A DNA stretch of 64,000 nt from an uncultured Phycisphaerales bacterium (GTDB taxonomy: Bacteria > Planctomycetota > Phycisphaerae > Phycisphaerales > SM1A02), in NCBI GenBank assembly GCA_949373145.1, contig CASICI010000008.1, positions 63,078 to 127,077 of the forward strand, given 5' to 3'. Positions 35,003 through 46,647 of the stretch are shown in pieces. Position 1 is the first letter of the stretch, and each line of letters opens with the position of its first letter. The position numbers were made by a program, and so were the translations under genes. The notes beneath the pieces were generated by a model. It did not search any database, was not told the origin of the DNA, and saw nothing but the letters and a program-made list of their open reading frames with translations.

Positions 35003-35027
35003 TGGAGACCGGTTGGGTCGGTCTCCA
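35003..35027 (+). promoter_or_regulatory. 9-bp stem hairpin in the leader of the hc1-like gene
   Basis: tggagaccg-gttgggt-cggtctcca is a perfect inverted repeat, 24 nt upstream of the ATG at 35051. A purine-rich gagagg lies between the two. Confidence 0.35.
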
Positions 35028-35050
35028 TCATTAGAGAGGTCTTCAAGAAA

Positions 35051-35230
35051 ATGGTCACGCAGCACTACGAGAACATGAAAAGAGTCCTGGCCGAATGCGA
35101 AGCAGATGTCCTGAAGGCCGCTGGCGGCAACAAGGCAGCTGGCACTCGGGTTCGAAAAGCAATGCAGGATGTGAAGAACATTGCACAGGAACTCAGAAAG
35201 TCGATTCTGGACGCCCAGAAGACTGACTGA
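35051..35230 (+). CDS. histone H1-like protein, Hc1 family (N-terminal domain only, 59 aa)
   Basis: Hand-translated because it falls below the ORF-track length cutoff: MVTQHYENMKRVLAECEADVLKAAGGNKAAGTRVRKAMQDVKNIAQELRKSILDAQKTD. The core GNKAAGTRVRKAMQ..K.IAQELRK matches the Hc1-family motif (KGNKAAAQRVR in chlamydial Hc1, from memory). A strong terminator follows. Confidence 0.7.
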   Translation: MVTQHYENMKRVLAECEADVLKAAGGNKAAGTRVRKAMQDVKNIAQELRKSILDAQKTD

Positions 35231-35262
35231 CTCCGGCGCTTCGGCGCAGGCATACGATTCAA

Positions 35263-35303
35263 GCGAAGCCGTTCATGTTCATGAACGGCTTCGCTTCTTT
35301 TTT
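35263..35303 (+). terminator. Rho-independent terminator
   Basis: Perfect 14-bp stem gcgaagccgttcat / atgaacggcttcgc with a 4-nt loop, followed by ttctttttt. It lies 32 nt after the hc1-like stop. Confidence 0.8.
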
Positions 35304-35398
35304 GGACTCGAAAAGCGACCCGTGCCTTTCCTTGAGGGAATCAACAAGCCCATTGGGAATGATGACATGGAACATGAATGTGCCCTATCCTTGAAGAC

Positions 35399-35893
35399 AT
35401 GACAAAAACAATCCAACCAATGGCTTCTGACCGATACCTCATCGATCTTTCGAAGATCGATTTCGAGCAGACCATGGGGGATGCTGAAAAGATCGAGTCC
35501 ATCAATCCCCACCGTGGCGACATGCGCCACCTCGACGAAGTCATCTGGTGCAATGACGAGTGCACGCAAGGCGTGGGCATCAAGAACATTCGTGACGATG
35601 AATTCTGGGTTGCAGGGCACATTCCCGGTCGGCCGCTTTTTCCCGGGGTGCTGCAGATCGAAGCCGGCGCGCAGCTGTCGAGTTACGTCATCAGACATCG
35701 ATTTCCAGAAGGCTTCCTGGGCTTCACCCGCGTCACCGACTGTTCCTTCCGAGGACAAGTGGTTCCGGGAGACACCCTGATCCTTCTGACCCGAGAAGTG
35801 AAGGCCAACCGAAGACGTTTCGTCACCGATGCTCAAGGCATCGTCAACGACAAACTGGTCTTCGAAGCGCAGATCTCCGGCATGGTCTTCTGA
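35399..35893 (+). CDS. hotdog-fold 3-hydroxyacyl-ACP dehydratase, FabZ/FabA-like
   Basis: HIPGRPLFPGVLQIEAGAQL matches the FabZ active-site region (H.P..P..PGVL.IEA.AQ). Start taken at the ATG at 35399. Confidence 0.7.
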   Translation: MTKTIQPMASDRYLIDLSKIDFEQTMGDAEKIESINPHRGDMRHLDEVIWCNDECTQGVGIKNIRDDEFWVAGHIPGRPLFPGVLQIEAGAQLSSYVIRHRFPEGFLGFTRVTDCSFRGQVVPGDTLILLTREVKANRRRFVTDAQGIVNDKLVFEAQISGMVF

Positions 35894-35906
35894 TCCGAAC
35901 ACCCCG

Positions 35907-36965
35907 ATGACACTCCCACCACTTGCATTCGAACCGCTCCTCAAGCATCGCGCCTGGGGAGGGCGTCTGTTGTCGTCGTACGGGAAGGAACTTCCGGATG
36001 AAGGATCGATCGGTGAATCCTGGGAGATCGCAGACCTCCCGGACTCGATCCCGGATGGCTGCTCCCGGGTGGCCGAAGGCCCCTTCAAGGGACGAAGCCT
36101 GCGGGACCTTCTTCAGACACATCGGAGTGAACTTCTGGGTCGAGCCGTCCCCGGCCCGGACGGTGGTTTTCCACTGCTGATCAAACTTCTCGATGCTCGT
36201 GAGAATCTCTCGGTGCAGCTGCACCCCTCCGCCGAATACGCCCGAGCACATCCGGAGGCTGCGCTGAAGACCGAAGCCTGGATCGTACTGGCGGCACAAC
36301 CCGGAGCCAGGGTCTACGTGGGATTGAATGACACGGTCGACGCCGCGAGGTTTCGCGAAGCGATCGAGACCGGAGCGTTCCTCGACATTCTTCAGACCGC
36401 GGACGTCTCTCCGGGTGATGCCATCTTTCTGGAAAGCGGTCTCTGCCATGCACTGGGTGAAGGCATCCTGGTGGCGGAGGTTCAGACGCCATCGGACACC
36501 ACCTTTCGGACCTGGGACTGGAATCGAAATGACCCAGCCAGACCACTTCACATCGAACCAGCGTGTGCGTCGGTGAGACTTGGCGCGAATCAAAGGACCG
36601 CGTGGCCCAGGATCACCAGAGGCTCGGAGGCGAGCACACTCACCACCGATGCACTGAGAACCAGACGTCTGATTCGGTGTGACTTTTTCGAGATCGATCA
36701 ACTCGACCTCCCGGAGAGCAGCGATCCGAATGCGACCATGAGCTTCGAGCAACCTTCCGGTGGAATTCCTCTGGTCGTGATGTGCACCGGAGGCTCGGGC
36801 ACCATCGAATCCGGTGGAGAGACACTCGAACTTTTCACCGGGCGCAGCGTATTGATTCCAGCATCCTGCGATCTTTCGAAAATCAGGCTCCACGTCCGGG
36901 ATAATGAAAAACCATCGTTGCTGCGTGTCAGGCCGACCGATGTGCTCGATAACTCGCTGGCCTGA
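35907..36965 (+). CDS. manA: mannose-6-phosphate isomerase, class I
   Basis: From the ATG at 35907: FEPLLKHRAWGG, GESWEI, LLIKLLDARENLSVQLHP, KTEAWIVL, CHALGEGILVAEVQTPSDTTFR. Confidence 0.8.
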   Translation: MTLPPLAFEPLLKHRAWGGRLLSSYGKELPDEGSIGESWEIADLPDSIPDGCSRVAEGPFKGRSLRDLLQTHRSELLGRAVPGPDGGFPLLIKLLDARENLSVQLHPSAEYARAHPEAALKTEAWIVLAAQPGARVYVGLNDTVDAARFREAIETGAFLDILQTADVSPGDAIFLESGLCHALGEGILVAEVQTPSDTTFRTWDWNRNDPARPLHIEPACASVRLGANQRTAWPRITRGSEASTLTTDALRTRRLIRCDFFEIDQLDLPESSDPNATMSFEQPSGGIPLVVMCTGGSGTIESGGETLELFTGRSVLIPASCDLSKIRLHVRDNEKPSLLRVRPTDVLDNSLA

Positions 36966-37030
36966 AAAAAGATGTGAACGGAAATTCGAGCTGAATCAAC
37001 AAGCTGTCGAAGGTATAGTCCTACAAGACC

Positions 37031-38965
<1,935 letters not shown>

Positions 38966-38987
38966 GCCGATCCGAACGATCACACCC

Positions 38988-39025
38988 AAGACCGTCGGAG
39001 CCTCGCTTCGACGGTCTTTTTCTTT
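38988..39025 (+). terminator. Rho-independent terminator after atpD
   Basis: 10-bp stem aagaccgtcg / cgacggtctt with an 11-nt loop, running into tttttcttt. Confidence 0.65.
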
Positions 39026-39047
39026 GCGCCCATCCTGCCGAGGAGCG

Positions 39048-39446
39048 TCAGCGACTTCGCGAGGGAATCATGTCGGGGAATTCGACGGGTCGAGGCCCGG
39101 AAACGCCCAGCACCGGTGACTGCGCCTTGATGACCAGGCCCTCTTCGTCGAAGAAGACGGCCCAGACCTCGTCGCTCGGCAGATCGGAAAACACCATCCC
39201 GGTGGCGAGCGTGCTCGGTGTGTCTCCGTACTGCCAGCGTTCGAAGCGGACGAGCACTCCGTCGGTACCGATCAGCCGATCGTAGGTCGAGGACGGGTCA
39301 CCGAGAATCGACCGCACCTCGGCCTGATCCATCCCGGGCGTGATCTTTTCGAACCCCGGAGTGGCCACTGTCTGGCACCCGGAGGCGGTCACCATCAGGA
39401 GAATGAGCCCGAAGAGAAGGCGGGATGATGTGGCGCGAACGTTCAT
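39048..39446 (-). CDS. lipoprotein, SmpA/OmlA (BamE)-like
   Basis: From the ATG at 39444-39446: MNVRATSSRLLFGLILLMVTASGC (lipobox), then ITPGMDQAEVRSILGDPS, typical of the BamE domain. Confidence 0.6.
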   Translation of the reverse strand: MNVRATSSRLLFGLILLMVTASGCQTVATPGFEKITPGMDQAEVRSILGDPSSTYDRLIGTDGVLVRFERWQYGDTPSTLATGMVFSDLPSDEVWAVFFDEEGLVIKAQSPVLGVSGPRPVEFPDMIPSRSR

Positions 39447-39528
39447 GGGAACAGGATACCCCACATCATCGAAAACGAGGGCGCCTCGAGATGAGGCGCC
39501 CCCGCGGAACCATCGAATGATGGAAGGA

Positions 39529-41814
39529 TCAGTCCCAGGCAGCGAGCATTCGAGCCAGATCCGCTCCGTTCACTTCGCCGTTTCCGTCGAAGTCAGCGGG
39601 TCCCCCGCCGCCCCATGATGCAAGCAGCTGAGCAAGATCGGCGCCACCGACTCGACCGTCACCATCGAGGTCCTCGATGACCGAGGTCTGAGTGTCGACC
39701 TGGATCGTTGACACGACATCGATGCCGTTGCGATCGTCGACCCAGGCTCGGAGAGTCAGTTCCTCATGATCGCCGAGGTCGAGACCAGCGGGGATGAGGA
39801 ACGATCCGTTGGGGTCGGAGAGTCCCGTGAAGATGGGACCTTCGGGCCCGCTCAGAGTGACGATGGCCTCGGAAACACGTCGACCGAGATCATCGAACAC
39901 ATTGACTTCGAAGGGGAGCTCGGGTCGGATCACGTCAGGACCGGGGAAGTCGAGGATGATCTGGAATGGTGCATTGTTGTAGACGCGCATTTCAGGATCA
40001 CCGAAGACCGAGTACACCTGCTGATTCCAACGTGACCACTGATCACCATGTGCGCTTGCGGCCGAGTTGAGCGCGCACATCGTCGTTGCCGCGATCGAAT
40101 GAACCGATTCGGACTGGAGCCAGATCCATGAATATTCGGCGAAAGTGTTGTTCTGCGGGCGATAGGATACGTGCATGGCGCCGACGCTCGCACTCGCGGC
40201 GGCTTCGTAGTGCATCCATTCACGGCCGATGGCCTCGGGATTGTCCTGAATGCCATGGTTGCTGCAGGAGACGCTGAAGACGACCGGGTTGTAGGTGGTG
40301 TTGGTGAGCGTGCCGAGATCGGTGTCGTTCAGACGCTGGTTGTCGAAGTCCCATGGGGACCAGGCAGTGGTGGAACCGTGCCCACGGTACATCACGAGCC
40401 CGACATGCTTGTCGTCGATGTCCGAGATCACGAGTTCATCCTTGCCGTCGGCGGTGTCGCCACCACGATCGATGAAGTTCCGAGGACGTTCGTAGAGATG
40501 CGTCTGGGCCATGATGGTGTCGATGCAATCCAGATAAGCGTCTTCTTCTCCGGGGTGAGCGGCGAGTGTCGCGGTCTCGTAGAAGTCGCTGTCGAAGAGC
40601 CTCTTGGTCTGATAGCTCACCGACTTGTCGACCATGACCTGGCACTCGGCATCGGTCTCTGCGGGAAGACGACCGATCCACAGGCTGGGCGAGAACTCCG
40701 AATGCAGGAATGAATATCGCATGTCCGAGCTTCCGATCACGCCAACGTCATTCGTGACGGAAGTCTGCCGGTGTGGGATCAACGAGGTGTCCCCGACGAG
40801 AAGAACGTACTTCTCCTCGATGGCGGAGTGATCGAAGTACCAGTCGTTGATCGCCGCGAAGAAATCCTCGGAATCGGCACTGGCGATCTCCTCGATGGTG
40901 ATTCGATCGACTCGATAGCCTCGCTGTCTCTTGAGAGTGATGAGAGGTTCGAGTTGCTCGAGCCAGCTTTCAGGATGGATGATGAGGTAGCGTCCCTTCC
41001 AGTCGATGAAAGGCGTGAGAATATCCTTCTCGAGAAGCCAGTCGTAATTCTGAAGGAATTCACTGGCGGCTCGCGCCCAGGAGCGTGAAAGAGCGATCCG
41101 CTCACTGGATTCGGCCCGATAGATCAGATCGAATTCGATTTCACGCGCGACCTGAAGCTGGTTCTTCAAGGGCTCGTACTTGAACATCTGCAGAGAGGGT
41201 TTGGCGTATGGAATGGTGCCGAAGACATGGTCGGGACCGGCCGCCGCCGTGCCGGCACCTGCCGGCCACGAGTCGGGATGGTTTCGATAGAAGCTCTCAT
41301 CGATCTTGAAAGGCCTGGGCTGACCATCGCCCCCGAGAGGCTCCAGGTCAGGGCCTTGATGCGGCAGGATCGGAGCATTGTCGAAGGTCGCGTACTGACG
41401 AAGATCAGGGGCGGCGATCTCGACCTGAGTCGCCTTGCCGGTGAGCCCGAGCGCCGTGTGAATCAGAGGCAGCTGAGGGAGACCGACGACATCGGTGACG
41501 CCCATTCCCGGAACACGAACCTCCAGGAAGGACAGATCGATCTCAGAATCAGCATTGCGATGGGGTTCGACCCAGAATCCATGAACACGAGCAATCACTC
41601 GGTAGCGCTGTTCATCTCCCTGAGAAACGTATTGGATGTTGAATGAAGGCTTCGAACCGACATTCTCACGTCCGATGTCATCCAGAGGAATCCATGTCGG
41701 TGCATCGGAGAGCACCGAAGGTGAGGGAAAATAAGGGTCTCCCGGGTTCCATTCATCTCCACCTTGAAGGAATGGGGCGGCGGTAAGAACGAGGCAGCTG
41801 AGTGAGAAAGACAT
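39529..41814 (-). CDS. secreted peptidase family C25 (gingipain-like) with dockerin-like C-terminal module
   Basis: Start at 41812-41814 (MSFSLSCLVLTAAPFLQG, signal-like). YVLLVGDTSLIPH, IGRLPAE, MYRGHGSTTAW (catalytic His region) and VVFSVSCSNHG (catalytic Cys region). The C-terminus DLDGDGRVGGADLAQLLASWGGGGPADFDGNGEVNGADLARMLAAWD. Confidence 0.7.
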   Translation of the reverse strand: MSFSLSCLVLTAAPFLQGGDEWNPGDPYFPSPSVLSDAPTWIPLDDIGRENVGSKPSFNIQYVSQGDEQRYRVIARVHGFWVEPHRNADSEIDLSFLEVRVPGMGVTDVVGLPQLPLIHTALGLTGKATQVEIAAPDLRQYATFDNAPILPHQGPDLEPLGGDGQPRPFKIDESFYRNHPDSWPAGAGTAAAGPDHVFGTIPYAKPSLQMFKYEPLKNQLQVAREIEFDLIYRAESSERIALSRSWARAASEFLQNYDWLLEKDILTPFIDWKGRYLIIHPESWLEQLEPLITLKRQRGYRVDRITIEEIASADSEDFFAAINDWYFDHSAIEEKYVLLVGDTSLIPHRQTSVTNDVGVIGSSDMRYSFLHSEFSPSLWIGRLPAETDAECQVMVDKSVSYQTKRLFDSDFYETATLAAHPGEEDAYLDCIDTIMAQTHLYERPRNFIDRGGDTADGKDELVISDIDDKHVGLVMYRGHGSTTAWSPWDFDNQRLNDTDLGTLTNTTYNPVVFSVSCSNHGIQDNPEAIGREWMHYEAAASASVGAMHVSYRPQNNTFAEYSWIWLQSESVHSIAATTMCALNSAASAHGDQWSRWNQQVYSVFGDPEMRVYNNAPFQIILDFPGPDVIRPELPFEVNVFDDLGRRVSEAIVTLSGPEGPIFTGLSDPNGSFLIPAGLDLGDHEELTLRAWVDDRNGIDVVSTIQVDTQTSVIEDLDGDGRVGGADLAQLLASWGGGGPADFDGNGEVNGADLARMLAAWD

Positions 41815-41898
41815 GAGAAATCTCCTGAAAACGGGTGAATCGATCCGGAATGATCCGGTGACACGTGGGGTGTCGAAGGACTTCCGGACGAGAGGAGC

Positions 41899-43944
41899 AT
41901 GTCTCTCAGTGAAAAAGCGAGAAAGCAGGAATACGCCTCGGCAAAAGAGTCCGAAACCCGTCTCATCGCCGACTATCATGCAGTCATGAGCACCACCACA
42001 GCCACCACCGGTACCGAGCACGTCACGAGTCAGTTGATCGAAAGACACGGTGAGGAGCACCGAGCGAGGATCGAATCAGGAGTCGCCCGTTGCGCCGAAC
42101 TGTGGCAGGAAGCGGATGGCGATGACGCGGCATTCGCGACGTTCTGCCTCGATCATTTCGTCGCGGACTCCGATGATCTGGACAGGCTCGTCGAACGTCT
42201 CGAGACCTCGATCGCCCAGGTACGAGGCCATCTCTACGAAATGAGACGCACCTTGAGGCGGTGGGCCGATCTGCGTGGTGACGAGATGGCGAACATCGAC
42301 GAGCTGCTCGCCACCTTCGACCCGGCACCCGATCTCTCGGAACAGGTCTACATCCAGAAACTCGCGCATCTCGCGCTCTTGAATCTGGATCGACCTTCAC
42401 TGACCGAGATGCTCGAACACGGCGATTCCTGGTCCACCGAAGACTGGGCGAGAAGCAGGATCTCTCGACACTTCGGCGCTCGCATCCCGAAGGATGTCGC
42501 CGACATGGCGCGAGACCTCGGATTCAAGGCATCACACTGGGTGTCGAACTTTCATGTGCCCGTGGGGACGATGGTGGATGCCACCGGCAAGCGATGGTTC
42601 GAATCGGATCGCAAGCTGGTCGCACACTGGCTCATCCGCGAGGAACTGAAGGCCGGATACAACGAACCGGACGGCATTCACAAGCAACGCGCCCTCGCAT
42701 GGGTCCTTGGACGTCACATCGATGGTTCGATTCCCCGCTCGGTCATGGATGGAACCAACGAACTCGATTGGGATCCGGGTATGAACACGCTCGGTGGCGA
42801 GAAGACCGAGGATGTCGTGGGTCTCGAACGCTACGACCACTGGATGATGCAGGTCGAAGTCGCCAAGGCACTCGATCCCCACCACCCGGAGCATCCGACC
42901 GCGATCTCGCGGAAGTGCGAACTGCATCGAGAGATCCCGGAGGCCGACGTCGAGAAGATGCTGGTCGATCTGCTCTCCGCTGATGTTCGCAAGGACCTCT
43001 CCGCCAAGATGGAGCACCAGCTCGGTCGTGAGCTGGAAGCGCATGACGTCTACTACGACGATCTCTTCGAATCCCGCAAGGCCTCCGAGATGGACGATGC
43101 GGTCAGAGCGCTCTTCGAGGATGAAAAAGCCTTCGAGCGAAAACTACCCGAAGTCCTCCGGGGACTGGGCTTCGAGGATGAACTGGCCGATTTTCTCGGG
43201 ACGAGAATCCGGGTCGAGATCGGAAAGGGAGCCGGACACGCGATGCGACCGATGCTGCATCAGTACGACGCCTGGCTGCGTACGAGCCGGCTGAAGAACG
43301 AGCTCGGCTGGGACGGCTTCGACACCGCGATGCATGAACTCGGCCACAATCTCGAGCAGCTGTGTTCGTGCTACTTCGCACCGAGACCGATTCTCGAGGG
43401 CGTTCCGAACACCGCCTGCACCGAAGCCTTCGCCTTCCTCTATCAATCACTGGCGAAGCGTGTCCTCGGCATCGAGGATGCCGCGGCGGCACAACGTGCC
43501 TTCCACGAGACCACGCTCAGCACGATGCTCATGGCCTGCCAGATCGCGGGACCGTCGTTGATGGAACTTCGCACCTGGCGATGGATCTACGAGAACCCGA
43601 AAGCCGATGCCGCGGCTCTGCGTGAGACCGTGCTGCGGATCTCGGACGATGTCTGGTCGGAATTCTTCGCCGACCATTTCGGCCAGGATCCCTATCGAAT
43701 CCTGGGAGCCTACCAGCACATGGTGGCGCATCCGCTCTATCTTCCTGACTATGCCATCGGACAGATGATCAGCCACCAGGTGAGAGCGCATGTGAGAAAC
43801 AAGGACATCGCAGCCGAGACCAAGAGGATCTGCTCGATCGGACGACTCACACCGGCGGCATGGATGAAGGTCGCCGTCGGAGGCGAGCTGTCCGCGATGC
43901 CCTTGATCAAGGACAGCGAGCGGGCGATCAAGGCGCTCGGGTGA
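41899..43944 (+). CDS. HEXXH zinc metallopeptidase-like protein (family uncertain, M3/oligoendopeptidase-like size)
   Basis: 681-aa ORF with AMHELGHNLEQ. Alternative start at 41986. Divergent from the C25 peptidase gene. Confidence 0.55.
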   Translation: MSLSEKARKQEYASAKESETRLIADYHAVMSTTTATTGTEHVTSQLIERHGEEHRARIESGVARCAELWQEADGDDAAFATFCLDHFVADSDDLDRLVERLETSIAQVRGHLYEMRRTLRRWADLRGDEMANIDELLATFDPAPDLSEQVYIQKLAHLALLNLDRPSLTEMLEHGDSWSTEDWARSRISRHFGARIPKDVADMARDLGFKASHWVSNFHVPVGTMVDATGKRWFESDRKLVAHWLIREELKAGYNEPDGIHKQRALAWVLGRHIDGSIPRSVMDGTNELDWDPGMNTLGGEKTEDVVGLERYDHWMMQVEVAKALDPHHPEHPTAISRKCELHREIPEADVEKMLVDLLSADVRKDLSAKMEHQLGRELEAHDVYYDDLFESRKASEMDDAVRALFEDEKAFERKLPEVLRGLGFEDELADFLGTRIRVEIGKGAGHAMRPMLHQYDAWLRTSRLKNELGWDGFDTAMHELGHNLEQLCSCYFAPRPILEGVPNTACTEAFAFLYQSLAKRVLGIEDAAAAQRAFHETTLSTMLMACQIAGPSLMELRTWRWIYENPKADAAALRETVLRISDDVWSEFFADHFGQDPYRILGAYQHMVAHPLYLPDYAIGQMISHQVRAHVRNKDIAAETKRICSIGRLTPAAWMKVAVGGELSAMPLIKDSERAIKALG

Positions 43945-43980
43945 TTCCCGCAGGGCGCGGGGACGCAGGCATGAGTGGCG

Positions 43981-44403
43981 TCAGGCGGTGGTGGCGACGG
44001 AGCTTCTTTTCAATCGCATCGCCAGCGAGGCCGCGAACCAGGCGACCAGGAGGTAGCCGGGCACCTCGATCCACATCCACATGGGATGCGGCAGGTCGAT
44101 CAGGTTGACCACTCCACCGATGAGGCTCAGCACTCCGATGATCAGTGCCATCGTTCGAGGTCTGTCCTTGCTGAGAAGTGCCGCGACCAGCCCGCCGAAG
44201 AAGGACTGACCGAGATGCGCGGCGAGCACGATCAGGAATCCCGTGGCGGGAATGCTCGCGAAATACTCGGGCATCGCTTCAGTGTCGGTGAAAGCGACGC
44301 CTTCAGGCATGGGATACAGGACCAGCGCGACCATCACGAGGGACATGTTGACGGCCATGCCGGCAAGCATTCCCAGGAAGACCGCGATGAGGTTTCTGAT
44401 CAT
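43981..44403 (-). CDS. small integral membrane protein, unknown function
   Basis: Four hydrophobic segments. The start at Met18 (44401-44403) avoids overlap with iscA. Last gene of the isc cluster. Confidence 0.45.
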   Translation of the reverse strand: MIRNLIAVFLGMLAGMAVNMSLVMVALVLYPMPEGVAFTDTEAMPEYFASIPATGFLIVLAAHLGQSFFGGLVAALLSKDRPRTMALIIGVLSLIGGVVNLIDLPHPMWMWIEVPGYLLVAWFAASLAMRLKRSSVATTA

Positions 44404-44423
44404 GTCGGGGCGGATCCGCTCGG

Positions 44424-44792
44424 TCAGGCTGAGAAGCTGGAGCCGCATCCACATGAGCTCGTTGCATTCGGATTGTTGAAGACGAATCCTCGTCCCATCA
44501 GCTCGTCCTTGAAGTCGATCGAGGTCCCGTTCAGATACAGGTAGGACTTCGGATCGCAGACGACGTTGATCGAGACATCTCGCTCGTTGTCTTCATCCTT
44601 GAGGGTGTAGTCATAGGACCACCGCTCGTCGGAGTCCTTCTGGACCTCGGTCAGGTCGAGCAGGTAGGAGAATCCACTGCAGCCTCCACCCTTCACGCCG
44701 ACGCGAAGGTGGATCTTCTCGGCATCGAGACTCTGCTGCTTGATGATGGATTCGATTTCTCGGGCGGCGGTATCGGTCACGGTGACGGGCAT
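44424..44792 (-). CDS. iscA: iron-sulfur cluster insertion protein, A-type carrier (IscA/ErpA/HesB family)
   Basis: LRVGVKGGGCSGFSY and the C-terminal SCGCGSSF motif. Confidence 0.85.
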   Translation of the reverse strand: MPVTVTDTAAREIESIIKQQSLDAEKIHLRVGVKGGGCSGFSYLLDLTEVQKDSDERWSYDYTLKDEDNERDVSINVVCDPKSYLYLNGTSIDFKDELMGRGFVFNNPNATSSCGCGSSFSA

Positions 44793-44810
44793 AACTCGGA
44801 ACTCCGTATC

Positions 44811-45272
<462 letters not shown>

Positions 45273-45291
45273 GATTGCTTTCCTTCGGGGA

Positions 45292-46530
45292 TCAGTGGGC
45301 CTGCCACTGGATGGTGCTGATGTCGATGCCTTCGTTGTGGAGATCGTAGAGAGGGCTCATCGAACGAAGATGCTTCACTGCTGTGATGATGTTCTCGATC
45401 GCGTAGTCGACTTCCTCGGCCGTGGTCCAACGCCCGAAGCTCATGCGAAGTGATGAATGCGCGAGGTCGTCGCCGACTCCCAGAGCCTTCAACACGTAGC
45501 TGGGCTCGAGGCTCGCACTGGTGCAGGCCGAGCCGGAGGAACAGGCGATGTCCTTGACGCCCATCATCAGGGATTCGCCTTCGACGAACCCGAATGAGAT
45601 GTTGGTCAGATGGGGGAGGCGCTTTTCGGCGTGACCGTTGACCTGGACCACGTCGATCGCATCGACGAGCGAGCGTTCCATGTGCTGCCGAAGCTTGAGA
45701 AGTCGTTCCCCTTCGGCTTCCATCTCACGACCGGCGATTTCACAGGCCATGCCCATGCCGACGATTCCCGGGACGTTGAGCGTTCCGGAACGCATGCCGC
45801 GTTCGTGACCGCCACCGTCGAGCATCGCTTCGAGACGGACTCGGGGCCGGCGACGTCGAACGTAGAGTGCGCCGACACCGTTGGGGCCGAACAGCTTGTG
45901 GCCGGAGAAACTCAGAAGATCGATGTTGTCCGTATCGACGTTGGTGGGCATCTTGCCGACCCACTGGGTTCCGTCGGTGTGGAAGATGGCGTTGTGTTCG
46001 TGGCAGAGCGCACCGATCTCGGGAACTTCGTTGATCGTTCCGATCTCGTTGTTCGCCCACATGATGGAGACGAGGATCGTGTCGTCTCGCATCGCACCCG
46101 CGACCATGTCGGCGGTGATGAGACCATCGGCACCGGGTTCGAGCCAGGTCACGTCGAAGCCTTCTCGCTCGAGGCGCTTGCACGGGTCGATCACGGCCTT
46201 GTGCTCGTGGATCGCGGTGATGATGTGCCCGCGGCCGCTCTCCCCTGCCGGGGCCTTCGCGTACATCCGGGCGGCGCCCTTGATGGCGAGGTTGTTGCCT
46301 TCGGTGGCACCGGAGGTCCAGATGATCTCCTTGGGACCGGCACCGATCAGATCGGCGACCTGACGGCGGGCGCGGTCGACCCCGTCTTCGGCGGCCCAGC
46401 CGAAGGAGTGATTCCTGCTGGACGGATTGCCGTAGGTGTCGAGGAAGAAAGGCAGCATGGCTTCGAGCACTCTCGGGTCGGTTCGAGTGGTCGAGGCGTT
46501 GTCCATGTAGATGGGCAGGTCAAGGGTCAT
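45292..46530 (-). CDS. iscS: cysteine desulfurase IscS/NifS
   Basis: IYMDNASTT, TSGATEGNN, SFSGHKLFGPNGVGALY (PLP Lys) and SSGSACTS (active-site Cys loop). Confidence 0.9.
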   Translation of the reverse strand: MTLDLPIYMDNASTTRTDPRVLEAMLPFFLDTYGNPSSRNHSFGWAAEDGVDRARRQVADLIGAGPKEIIWTSGATEGNNLAIKGAARMYAKAPAGESGRGHIITAIHEHKAVIDPCKRLEREGFDVTWLEPGADGLITADMVAGAMRDDTILVSIMWANNEIGTINEVPEIGALCHEHNAIFHTDGTQWVGKMPTNVDTDNIDLLSFSGHKLFGPNGVGALYVRRRRPRVRLEAMLDGGGHERGMRSGTLNVPGIVGMGMACEIAGREMEAEGERLLKLRQHMERSLVDAIDVVQVNGHAEKRLPHLTNISFGFVEGESLMMGVKDIACSSGSACTSASLEPSYVLKALGVGDDLAHSSLRMSFGRWTTAEEVDYAIENIITAVKHLRSMSPLYDLHNEGIDISTIQWQAH

Positions 46531-46647
46531 GAGGCTCTCTCGAATGGCATTCCGAGAACGCTCGGAACGGGCTAGAAATCTAGTGAGGATCGCTCCATAT
46601 CATACCAGTGCTCGGATGGTATCTCCACCTAGAAACAACTTCATATC

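Noticed and set aside
35279-36893. Minus-strand ORFs 35279-36088 (269 aa) and 35844-36893 (349 aa).
   Set aside because: They are antisense to the FabZ-like and manA genes and have no recognisable motifs.
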